Assembly: GCF_006345805.1 (NCBI RefSeq)
Contig: NC_043001.1
Location: 94,364,001-94,428,000, forward strand
DNA: 64,000 nucleotides
Direction of reading: 5' to 3'
DNA from: Octopus sinensis
Lineage: Eukaryota
Shown: positions 38,611 to 52,136 of the stretch, in pieces
How the letters are laid out: every line of letters begins with the position of its first letter
How positions within the stretch are numbered: the stretch's first letter is position 1
Program-made: the position numbers and the translations under genes
Notes under the pieces: generated by a model
What the model saw: the letters and a program-made list of their open reading frames with translations, nothing else
Told to the model about the DNA's origin: nothing
Database searches by the model: none

Positions 38611-39140
38611 TGACCTCATGCAGTACCAGGCAGTGGCTCTCATGGCTTCTGAACTTAACTGATGAGAAGTATTATCATGTATATTGTTTTGTGTTGGTAC
38701 AAAAGATGGGCTACATCAAATATTCTGCTTAATACCATAGATTTGCTTGTCAGTTGTTTGACAGTAACCGGTTGAGCATGTCCCTTAGTATCTGACGATA
38801 TGTGCATCTCTGATTACATGCAGAAATAGTGGGGAAGTATCATAGCCGTGTGAAAAGAATTCTTAGAGGTTTGGATAATTCACCTCTGGAAACATGGGTG
38901 TTTCGTTGAGCATTCTAAAACAACCCTTATTCAGGGACCTTTTAAGCGACCAGGAGGAAATTCTAACTGGGCCCCACCTGCAAGGCCTTCAGATCTTTAT
39001 CTTGATATGAGTTCACCATGTCGTGGTTGAGATGCATGTGCCTAGTGTACTCTTATCAGACGGGTAGTCATGATGGGTATACTGGGCTTTGTATATTTTA
39101 CCCCAGTGTCACTTTGATGGCATGCACTGCTGCCTCAGTC
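38611..39140 (+). mobile_element. Non-coding ~530-bp interspersed element embedded in an (AAT)n array
   Basis: Flanked on both sides by (AAT)n; its last ~80 bp (ACGGGTAGTCATGATGGG..GCATGCACTGCTGCCTCA) recur at 49767-49847, again followed by (AAT)n. Confidence 0.75.
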
Positions 39141-39147
39141 AATAATA

Positions 39148-40690
<1,543 letters not shown>

Positions 40691-40714
40691 ATAATAATAA
40701 TAATAATAATAATG

Positions 40715-40803
<89 letters not shown>

Positions 40804-40919
40804 GATGAGGGTGGTGGTGGTGGTGGTGGTGGCGTTGGTGGTAGTGTTGGTGGTGGTGTTGGTGGTGGTGTTGGTGGTGGTGTTGGTGGTGGTGATGGTG
40901 GTGATGGTGGTGGTGATGG

Positions 40920-40974
<55 letters not shown>

Positions 40975-43278
40975 AATAATGCATGTAACTGATGTGTGTA
41001 CCGAGAACAGCATATTAGTAACTATACATTTGCGCAACTTTATCTCTTCAAATTCATATTCCAAATTCCTGTATTGTTTACATAAACATCTGTCATAGAA
41101 TGATTTAGAAAAAAATTAATTTATTTCCACTTGTTTGTTGTACGCCAGACTTAAATATCGCTGATATATCAAATTGCCTGTCTGAAATGGAATCTCTATT
41201 TGTGTACTATTTTTTCGTTTGCCATTACGGCAATTTCAAAACTATTTTCGCTTCCATATCCATGTTCATATGCCAGTCTCAATATAGATAATCATATGTT
41301 TTACTTATAATTTGTACTATAATGCTCTCTCTATCTCTCTTAGCAGATATTTATATGTATATAACTGAAAATGCCAAAATTGATACATTCTATCTCACTT
41401 TACAATAGAACGGATGAAAGGCTACGCTTACTATAATATATTGGTATTGAAATAAGCAAAACGGCAAGTAAACATCGAGGTACTTTCAGTAAAATCACCT
41501 GAAGAGGGGCATCTCCACGTAAAATTGCTGACAATTGATAGAATCGTATCTCATATCTAAGGTACGGATGCATGGTGAGTCAAAACATTCTACTTCTGAC
41601 TAAGGAGTCTGGTGAATTTCATTTTTTGCCCCTCAACTTTTTATATAAACTTTACGGGTACAAATTAATTCTTAAATACGCTGGAATATAACTCTATATT
41701 GTTGTTGACATTAGGTGACCGAATACGGTGGACACGCTTTAAGAATCACACTACAATCTATCTACCTCTGTATATTACTGCACACACATACACACTCACA
41801 CACACACACGTATAAATTAACAGAAATAGCTTTTTGTAATGTTAAACCGTTAAGTAAAATTATAGTCGTTAACTAAACGCAAATAAAGGTGTCAAGACAC
41901 CTACATTGCTAGAAATAAGAGCTAAAATGTTCTACCACATAACATATATTCTAATGGGGGCTGCAATCGCCCCGAATACCAAACAGAGAATTCCATTCCC
42001 TAGACTGACTTAGCAGTTTCATCTCTTTCAGTAGTCATCGTCAGTAAGGCCAGCTTTTCGGTTGATTCCGGGTTACCTCGGCTATCAAATTATCGGGTAA
42101 TCTCTCCAGTTTGTAAATATATATTCACTGTGTATCTAGAAGCGGCGTTTTGAGCATCTTATTCGCATACAGGATATCTAAATATATTTTTTATGAATTA
42201 TCCTTTATAGCTGAATTCGGCTCGCAATATTCTGTCCATCAATACAAACATGTTTGTGTGTGCAGACATGTGTGTTTGTACATGTCTCGTTGTGAGTGCA
42301 TGTAATAACGAATATAAACTTTAATAATGACTGATGTGAATAACGAAATAGCTTATAATCAATATAACGTTCAGTAAAATAACCACCGTATATTTAACTA
42401 TTGGTGGATATGGTGCTTTCGTGTTCCATAAAAATACTTCAGTAACTGCATTTCGCGGGTTGGCCTAATGAATGCGAATAATTTTAATATTTAGCTCGAA
42501 AATGGCTTCAAACGTATAGATATATATATATATACATATGAAAGGGGTGTTTGCTAAATTTTTCTTGAGAACATTTAGTGGTAAGACCATAGCGGATCTA
42601 CTTCTAGCATAAGGGTTGTCCCTCTCATATGTATATAATACAATTTAATGAACCTTCAGATTTTAATATGCTAGAACACTGGTGTTAAGTTGATGCTAAT
42701 TAAATCAATATCCAATTTCTCACCCTCATTTTAAATTTAGATATACCTATGTATTCAGGACCGAAGAATTGGGATGCCTTATTGTTATTTACAACCAATA
42801 AAGCCAAAGTATCAATGATTTCTTATTCATTCTGCTAGAAATGGAATCCGAATTTTTGTCATAGCCTGTTCAATGTAATATAATCCAATCTAAGTGATAT
42901 ATGGGGAAGCCGATATGGACATGGTTAGGACGCCTTTTATGATATCTGCACTGTCAAGAGCATAGCAGTGTCTAAAATATAACATTAACAATATTGTACA
43001 GTTTACAAGTTGTTCAATAACCTAGCTTAAATATTATTTGTGGTGATATACTGGTAAATCAATAGGAATTCAATAGGTTGTACGGAAAATTGTTAAAGGA
43101 ATACATTTTCAGTGAAATGAAACAAAGTCTAAGAATAATGGAAGTCGTAAATTTCAATATGGATCTCGAGCAAATATTAGAAGTAAGATTCGTTGTGATA
43201 TTTAAGTAAATACAGGTACAACGTAACCTACAGACATGGCTACAGGAACGTGAAATATCCGTTTATAACGCTGTACGT

Positions 43279-43608
43279 GAAGGCGCATAGCTCAGTGATA
43301 AGCGCGTCGGGCTCACAGTCATGTGGTAGTGAGTTCGATTCCTGGACCGGCTTGTGAGTTCTTGACCAAGACATTTTATTTCACGTTTCTTCAGTTCATT
43401 CAGCTGTAGAAATGAATTAAGACGTCTCTGGTGCCAAGCTGTATCAGCCTTTGCCTTTCCCTTTTCCTTGGATATGATTGGTGGCTTGAAAGGAGGAGAC
43501 TGGTATGCACGGGTGACTGCTGGGCTTCCATAGCCAAACATGCCTGGGAGGGGTACTTCCTAGTTGCAATCCCATGGTCATTCATGACCAAAGGGGATCT
43601 TTACTTTT
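43279..43608 (+). mobile_element. tRNA-derived SINE, family C (CORE-like centre)
   Basis: GGCGCATAGCTCAGTGATAAG (A box), GAGTTCGATTCC (B box), central TTGACCAAGACATTTTATTTCACG..CAGCTGTAGAAATG; CORE assignment is inference. Confidence 0.8.
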
Positions 43609-43984
43609 TTAAACTCTGTACAGAATTATGCATTCATGTGTAAAGTATTACCTGTGTTTTACAGTGAACATTGTACATATATTTATAAAAATGCATACAC
43701 ATTTGTGTGGATGCGTGTGTACATGTTTCTGTATGCTTGTGTGCAACTTTATATATGTATATGTAGTAGAAAATGCGTGTACAAACAGATCTATGATTGT
43801 TAAAATTACATTTAGCTAACCACTTAGATAACCATAATGCTGTGTGCCTCCAGCAGAGCTGTTAAGTAACTCCTATGCAGCGCATAAACAATTTGTGTAT
43901 ATTTTTATATATATATATATCAATAAACATATAGATCTATCTATCTATCTAACTATGATATTTATATTTCTTGTTTTTCTTTTC

Positions 43985-44830
<846 letters not shown>

Positions 44831-44846
44831 TATATATATATATATA

Positions 44847-44882
<36 letters not shown>

Positions 44883-45645
44883 GCACACACACACACACGC
44901 ACACATATATATATATATATATGCATGAATGTATCTATCTGTTTATATAGAGATGTGTGTATGTTTGAAAAATTAACTAATGAAATATTAAAATATATAT
45001 TTATGAGCTTCAATGCAGTTCTTTTTTTCAGAAATATTATATATTCGCAATAATCATATCAACACTTTAAACTTGGACATCTACTCTCGGTAGCGATCGG
45101 CTTATGTACATTCTAAATATGATTTTTGTTTAATGCTTTTGCCTATATGGATGCATTGCAATCTAGGTTATTGTACCTTTGTTATACTTGGGACGCTCAT
45201 AAGCTTTATCCTACGTCATTCTCATTTATCGATATCTACACTCATATTTCACACTTATAAATTAGTACGCTGCTAGTGAATGATTTTTTTTTTCCAATCG
45301 ATTCAGGACATTTAATAATTCAAGGCGTTTTTAAGAATGTTTGAATATGGTGAGTCTTGCACGTAGAAATTTTTATTTTCTACATACTTTTTATACTTAT
45401 CATTAACTTAGTAAATATTCAAATAATATCTTTAGTAAATAAACGATTCTACGCCTCTAGGAAATATGGCTCCGTTTTGAAATATTGGAAAGTTAAGTAT
45501 GCTGGATGATTTAATACCAAACTTATATTAATTCATATTTCTAAGAAAAGGTGTTTACATTTCTCTTATACATTTCATTTAATGGATTTCTGGATAATAT
45601 TCTCTCCACATCCGACAAATATTTTCCTCCCGCAAACCTATCTCT

Positions 45646-45975
45646 GATAGAATTGCACTGAGTTTACTTTATGTTTATATCGCATTTTCATTTGGTTATT
45701 GCTTGCTACGGCATTCCTGGACATCGCCACGTATAAGTGTTATATATATAGAGAATACCAAACGAGTTCCCTATGGAATCCGTATTTATTACAACTCGCT
45801 CGTTAGATACGTTTACAAGCCACGAGTTGTAATAAATACGGATTCCATAGGGAACTCGTTTGGTATTCTCTATATATATAACACTTATACGTGGCGATGT
45901 ACAGGAATGCCGTAGCAAGCAATAACCAAATGAAAATGCGATGTAAACATAAAGTAAACTCAGCGCAATTCTATC
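45646..45975. repeat. 330-bp near-perfect palindrome P1
   Basis: Arms 45646-45798 and 45823-45975 (153 bp, 3 mismatches counted by eye), 24-nt spacer CTCGTTAGATACGTTTACAAGCCA. Confidence 0.95.
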
Positions 45976-46340
45976 TTTTACAGTTACACATTGTGACGTC
46001 ACTGACGTGAAATCAAGCTGTATTCATGCGCGCTTCAACACGATGTGAAGAATTTAGTTATTGGGTTAATAAAATATGGTCGTTTATTCGTGTGTAATAA
46101 ATAAAATACCAAACTCATTCCCTATGGAAACCGTATTTATTACAACTCGTGGCTTGTAAACGTATCTAACGAGCGAAAGCGAAACGTATAGGGAATGAGT
46201 CTGGTATTTTATTTATTACACACGAATAAACGACCATATTTTATTAACCCAATAACTAAATTCTTCACATCGTGTTGAAGCGCGCATGAATACAGCTTGA
46301 TTTCACGTCAGTGACGTCACAATGTGTAACTGTAAAAGAT
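45973..46340. repeat. 368-bp near-perfect palindrome P2
   Basis: Arms 45973-46125 and 46188-46340 (153 bp); the 62-nt centre contains the reverse complement of the P1 spacer. Confidence 0.95.
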
Positions 46341-46341
46341 G

Positions 46342-46530
46342 TCATGCCGCAGGAAGATAGTCCGACTTTGTTAACCTGTATCCAGCAACATGTCGAACTT
46401 GGCCAGTATTGATCTTCACTTTGAACATTCTGTATGTTCCAAGAGGTTGAACAACGGATAACACTCTTCCCCCATCTTTACCATCAATCTTAACAAAATC
46501 ATTCACCTTGATATCGACAACAGTAGCCAT
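46342..46530 (-). CDS. 62-aa ORF, predicted small beta-barrel (SH3/Tudor/KOW-like), probably element-encoded
   Basis: MATVVDIKVNDFVKIDGKDGGRVLSVVQPLGTYRMFKVKINTGQVRHVAGYRLTKSDYLPAA; ATG in CAAGATGGC context; complex, non-repetitive composition; stop lies 1 nt from the P2 boundary. Confidence 0.55.
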   Translation of the reverse strand: MATVVDIKVNDFVKIDGKDGGRVLSVVQPLGTYRMFKVKINTGQVRHVAGYRLTKSDYLPAA

Positions 46531-46889
46531 CTTGTTGATAGATCTACCTGCATTGCAAGAGTATCGACGAGCAGACGAAATATGTTGTGATTTTTTTGGC
46601 AACAAAAAATTGAATTACCACCAGTAATGTTTGTATTTTATGTGTATATAACTTTAAGTGATATCTGGTATAAAAAGATAGTATGTTTGTTTAATTACAT
46701 GGCTACATTCTACCTGCTCGTAAAAGTAATGAATGAAGTCTAGTTGTAACTTATGAATGACAAAAGTAGTGCCGTCACCGTGACCTCGGGTCATCACTAT
46801 GGATTGACCAATCAGAAGCAGCGATCGCAGTATCTGACATATGTTAGATACCAAAAATATCTCAAAGTGTTCTCACTCACATGTGTGTA

Positions 46890-46929
<40 letters not shown>

Positions 46930-47670
46930 GTATATATAAATGGATGAATGAATTATCATTGTTCACAGTTAACACGGAAAATTCAATAAGCAGTTACCAG
47001 GGTGTCAACATTCACGCAAGTAACAAGGATGTAGCGGTCTGTTAAAAGGTAGAAACTCCGGGTTAATGTGCAGTAATTAGTATAGTATAAGTAAATAAAT
47101 GGAGTTGAACGCAGATGTTATTAAAATTATTTTACTTGCGTCATATGTTTCGAAGACAACATTGGTTTTATTCCAAAGGAATAAACGGTGTAAAATAATG
47201 TAATCTTCTCATCAGGAAAGAAAGAGAACCTATTTTAACAAGAAGACATTATAACAATTTTGATGACAGCATAAATGATAAACCGAACTCTATTAAGTAT
47301 TTAAATCGAAAACCGTTAGTAGATCTGATGTCAAAGGCAGGAAGAGAAGGGATAAAGAAATAATAAGTAGCGAACAAATAGAGAGGGATATATTGGTTGA
47401 AAAAAATGTTCAAAGGCTTGGAAGCAGATTTCTCTATTGAAGTAAAGTTCGAGGTGAACTAAATGTTCAAACTATACAGACTGTTATAAATCACTTATGT
47501 GAGCTAAAGGTATGTTTCTGCCAGTGCTAATATTTGTAAGATCGCTCTATAATTGTGTTAACTAGGTGATTCTTAGAGAAGAAAATATGGAAGAGTTCAG
47601 AGTTGCAAATGTTACAAAATCCTTTGCCTTTGAATAACACCTGCGTTAGACTACATTTATTTAGTTATGC

Positions 47671-47704
<34 letters not shown>

Positions 47705-47734
47705 ATATATATATATTAAGGTATGTAGAAGAAT

Positions 47735-48230
47735 ACAACATGGACAAGAACATATAACTCTTAGAAGACGATACAATAAACATGGACAGGACATTCGAAC
47801 CCCTCAGTCTTCAGTCAAGAACCGGATCATCGTAGTAATTTCGGCTGATTAATCTTGAGATTACTAGATCACGGCCAGCCCTCCAAGAAAAACTAACCAA
47901 CGAGCATTAGAAAAACTAAGCTGGAAGCGTAGATTTCCTGGAAGAAGGATCGAATGCATACGAACACCAGGACAGCAAAAGGGACAGATATAAAAAAAAC
48001 AAAAAACAATAATGGAATACAGAAACATGAAATACAGAAGCATTAACGGTGAAAACAACAAGTGTCTTACGACTGATAACAAGCAAACAAATTTTTTCTC
48101 TGGCGCATTGGAAGAAGCCTTTATAGCGGCGGACGAAAAACAACGATGTTAACACGACGAGGGTCAGGAGCTGAAAGGCAGATTTCGGCCAACAGTCACG
48201 TGACAGAGAAGAGGGAAAAGAAAAGAAAGA
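47735..48230. repeat. Interspersed repeat, possibly Penelope-LTR-derived
   Basis: Shares its first ~80 bp with 19045-19126; purine-rich body ending in GTCACGTGAC; class assignment is inference. Confidence 0.5.
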
Positions 48231-48514
48231 GAAGCAAAGGAAGAGAGAGAGAGAGGAGGGACAAACGCAACAAAGAGAGAGAAGAGAGAGAAAGAAGGAA
48301 TCAGAGAGGAGAAGGGATGGGTGTCGAAGAATGACCTGTGAGTGCAGAGCGAGACAAAGAAATAGGAGGGTAGTGGAAGACTAGACCAAAGGATCAGAGG
48401 AAAGAGAAGAGAAAAAGAGGATGAGTAGAGAGAAAAGAGAGAGAGGGGGACAGATTAAGTAAAAATGAGAGAGAGAGAGAGACAAACAGAGAGTCGTACC
48501 AATTATTATATATA

Positions 48515-48564
<50 letters not shown>

Positions 48565-49003
48565 TATATAGTACATGTGTTTTTGTATAGTAATATTTGT
48601 AAAATTTATTACACTCTATGTTAGTTTATTTTACACATCTAATCAAAAGACAAAAGCAGCAATTTGTTAATTTGAGTAGAAAAGAAACCACAACTCGTCA
48701 TTTGACTTATTACAGCCTAGTGCTACGAAAATTTGTAAAATCCACAAATCCATTAGAAATTTCCTAAGCTCAGATTATAATTACAAACTACGTCACTGGA
48801 TTAGGTCAGCAATAACAAAATAGGTAAAATGTCTTTCTTATAATTTAAACTTCCTGATCGAAGGCAACATTAAAAAAGTAACATCATATATATCGCACCA
48901 TCAGCCAAAACCAAAGTCATTAGATTGAGAGGCAATAGCTATTGTTTCAGTGTAATTAGTTATACGAAGAGTTTAGTGTAGGTATGGTTACACTTAAATC
49001 CAG

Positions 49004-49072
<69 letters not shown>

Positions 49073-49085
49073 TAATAATAATAAT

Positions 49086-49478
49086 CATGAAGAAAAAAAA
49101 TGCTTTCTAATTGATGTATCATTACCGGCAGATGACAACGTGTCTCTAAAAGAAATGGAGAAACTTTCAAAATACAAAGACCTGGAAATAGAGGTAACCA
49201 GAATGTGGAATCTAAAAACAGAAACAATTCCTATCATAGTAGGTGCATTAGGCATGATAAAAAAATATTCAGACAAATACATAACAAAAAAAACAGGACT
49301 TACAAACACATATAACATACAGAAAATTGCACTACTAGGCACTGCGCACATCTTACGCAAAACACTTTCCATACAATAACCATCAGAGCATCACACCAAA
49401 TCACAGCACATACCCAAGGCACACAGAGCTGCGCTCGGTAGTGAAGTGAAAGCACGCTATAAAAAATAAAACTACTGA
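49086..49478 (+). mobile_element. R4/Dong-like element, 5'-truncated 3' end inserted in (AAT)n
   Basis: KKCFLIDVSLPADDNVSLKEMEKLSKYKDLEIEVTRMWNLKTETIPIIVGALG..LLGTAHILRKTLSIQ*; 3' UTR nearly the same as 40605-40690. Confidence 0.9.
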
Positions 49479-49766
49479 ATAATAATAATATTAATAATAA
49501 TAATAATAATATTAATAATAATAATGATAATAATATGAATAAAAAGAAGAAGAAGAAGAAGAACAACAACAACAACAATAACAACAAGATATAATTAGAG
49601 GCCACATGCATTGGATTCATGAATGTCAACACAAATATTCTGAACTTCTGAAAACAGTCCGACAGAATTATTACATATCAATTTCAAATTTTGAGAAACA
49701 GTGTCTATTTCTATAATCTGTAACAAACACGCATATAGACTCAATCATATGCGTGTAAGTCATGAT

Positions 49767-49847
49767 ACGGGTAGTCATGATGGGTAAACTGGGCTTCGTA
49801 TATTTTACCTCGGTGTTACTTTGATGGCATGCACTGCTGCCTCACTC
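49767..49847 (+). mobile_element. 3' fragment of the 38611-39140 element
   Basis: Near-identical last ~80 bp followed by (AAT)n. Confidence 0.8.
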
Positions 49848-49917
49848 AATAATAATAATGATAATAATGATGATGATAATAATAATAATAATGATAATAT
49901 TAATGATAATAATAATA

Positions 49918-49952
<35 letters not shown>

Positions 49953-50036
49953 TATTATTATTATTATTATTATTGTTATTATTATTATTATTATTACTAT
50001 TATCATCATTATATTATTATTATTATCATTATCATT

Positions 50037-50099
<63 letters not shown>

Positions 50100-50680
50100 C
50101 GTTTGTAACACTGTGTAGGTAAAAATACACCGGAGTCTTTCGTCATCAGTCAAGTGACAACAAAAACCTCAAACATATTTTCGCGAAGATGTGGACAATA
50201 ACGCTGCTTTTTGTAAGACATGAATCTTTGCACGGGATTTCCAGTTGCCTGAAGAAGATTCAATGGGGATTGTGCCCACTGGTATCACATTTCCATTACC
50301 GTCTCGCATTCCATACAGTCTTGTCATTTCCACTTTCAACTCGGATTCGGGATTTTTTCAACCTCTTCTCTCACAGAATTCATGACAAATAGTATAATCT
50401 ATAGTAATGATCTGACAGTATTTGTCTCTCTCTATTCAATAAGACAATATCCGGCCGGCGGTGTTCGATTACACGATCCGTTTGCAAATCATAGTCCCAG
50501 AGTATCTTTACTTTTCCATCCTCCAGCATAACTTTAGTTGCTACATGTTCATACCAGTTCTCTGTTACTTCACATGGGTTTTTACGGCATAAGAGCCAAC
50601 GAAGATACCCAGACATTTTATCGTGACGGCGTTTGTATTTTTTGTTTGCAAGTCTCTCTCATCCACTTATCAAGTAGGTC
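50100..50680 (-). mobile_element. Second, more diverged R4/Dong-like RLE fragment with 3' UTR
   Basis: KKYKRRHDK..LRWLLC..WYEH..KILWDYDLQTDRVIEHRRPDIVLLN; bounded by (ATT)n on both sides. Confidence 0.8.
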
Positions 50681-50681
50681 A

Positions 50682-50718
<37 letters not shown>

Positions 50719-50890
50719 GTTTTGTTTTTGTTGTTGTTCTTCTTCTTCTTCTTCTTCTTTTTATTATTATTATATTATTATTATATTTTTTATTTTTATT
50801 ATTGCTATTATTATTATTATTATTATTATTATATTATTATTATTATTATTATTATTGTTTTTATTATTATTATTGTTATTATTATTATTA

Positions 50891-50957
<67 letters not shown>

Positions 50958-51027
50958 TATTATTATTATTGTTTTGTTTTTGTTGTTGTTCTTCTTCTTC
51001 TTTTTATTATTACTATTATCATTATTA

Positions 51028-51080
<53 letters not shown>

Positions 51081-51200
51081 GCTATTATTATTATTATAAT
51101 AATAATTATTATTATTATTATTGTTTTTATTATTATTGTAATTATTATAATAATATAATAATAATAATAATAATAATAATTATTATTATTATTATTATAA
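50682..51200. repeat. (ATT)n array with an internal ~250-bp duplication
   Basis: Interruption TGTTTTGTTTTTGTTGTTGTTCTTCTTCTTC occurs at ~50718 and ~50970. Confidence 0.85.
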
Positions 51201-51847
51201 AACCCAAATATCTTTGTGAATCACAACTCCCCAGAGATTCCTGGCCGAAATATTTACTTTTTCGTAATTCATCTATCTGTGAAAAAAAAAAGAAAAGAAA
51301 AGGGAAAACGGTTCAGCGTGACTCTGCTCTCGATGCTGCATACAAAATATTTTCTATGCACCTTCCTTAAAGTATTGATTAACTTTCATACTCTGCCTTA
51401 CTCTGTTTCTGTTCAGCTTTTCTCAGTAGCGAGTGCCAACAACTATGACTGACGAAATTCCCCGGCAATTTTGTTTTACTAACTCTCTACTTCACTTCAT
51501 TCTCTGTCACTGACAAATGATGTCTTGACGTCTGTTGTCCTTTTAAAGATGTCCTTGGGGCTAAAGAATGTGTTATGTATATAGCTAGTTATAGAAAACT
51601 AAGGCTTAACTAATGAGTTGCATTCATAAAGCCTCTATAATAGTCTAGTTAATCCGCTGTTTTCAGTGCATTCTGGTATATTATTGTTTGCGGCTAATTT
51701 CTATTAAAGAGTTGAAATACCCCGAGCTCGACTGTGAGATCTGCATCTACATTCCTATTATCTCACGCACAAGCCTTGCTGTAAAATATTCCTGGTAATT
51801 TTCACCTCTACATTACGAACTGAAATACGTATTCTAAAGTTAGTTGT

Positions 51848-52136
51848 GCAAGCGCAATGGCCCGGTGGTTAGGGCAGCGGTCTCGCGGTCGGAGGATCGC
51901 GATTTCAATTCCCAGACCGGGCGTTGTGTGTGTTTATTGAGATAAAACACCTAAAGCTCCACGGGGCTCCAAGAGTGGGTGGTGGCGACCCCTGTTGTAT
52001 TCTTTCAACCCAACTTTCTGTCACTCTTTCTTCCTACTTGTTGGGTAATGCTGCGATAGACATACCCCACAGAAACCGGTAAGCCGGGCCCATGAGCATG
52101 GCTAGGCTTGAAAAGGATGCTTAAGGAAATAATAAC
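51848..52136 (+). mobile_element. tRNA-derived SINE, family D
   Basis: TGGCCCGGTGGTTAGG (A box), degenerate B box GATTTCAATTCCC, unrelated body and an AAT-like tail. Confidence 0.7.

Noticed and set aside
42032-42096. SVDSGLPRLS similar to the cadherin AxDxGxPxLS motif
   Set aside because: No DxNDNxPxF or LDRE motifs nearby, so no cadherin/protocadherin call; kept only as a weak exon candidate.
47786-47820. Hammerhead-like CUGAAGA..GAAU (minus strand), with related motifs at ~19100 and ~50140
   Set aside because: Stem II is absent or too weak and the GAAA or helix I pairing is inconsistent between copies.
50538-51370. Overlapping 158-217-aa poly-I/L/Y ORFs (similar ones at 28244-28582, 38334-38732, 40628-41098, 49821-50153)
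   Set aside because: Trinucleotide microsatellite translations, not genes.
51848-51920. tRNA-like heads (also at 43279, 6420-6504, 7313)
   Set aside because: A/B boxes are present but there is no complete cloverleaf and each continues into a SINE body; not tRNA genes.
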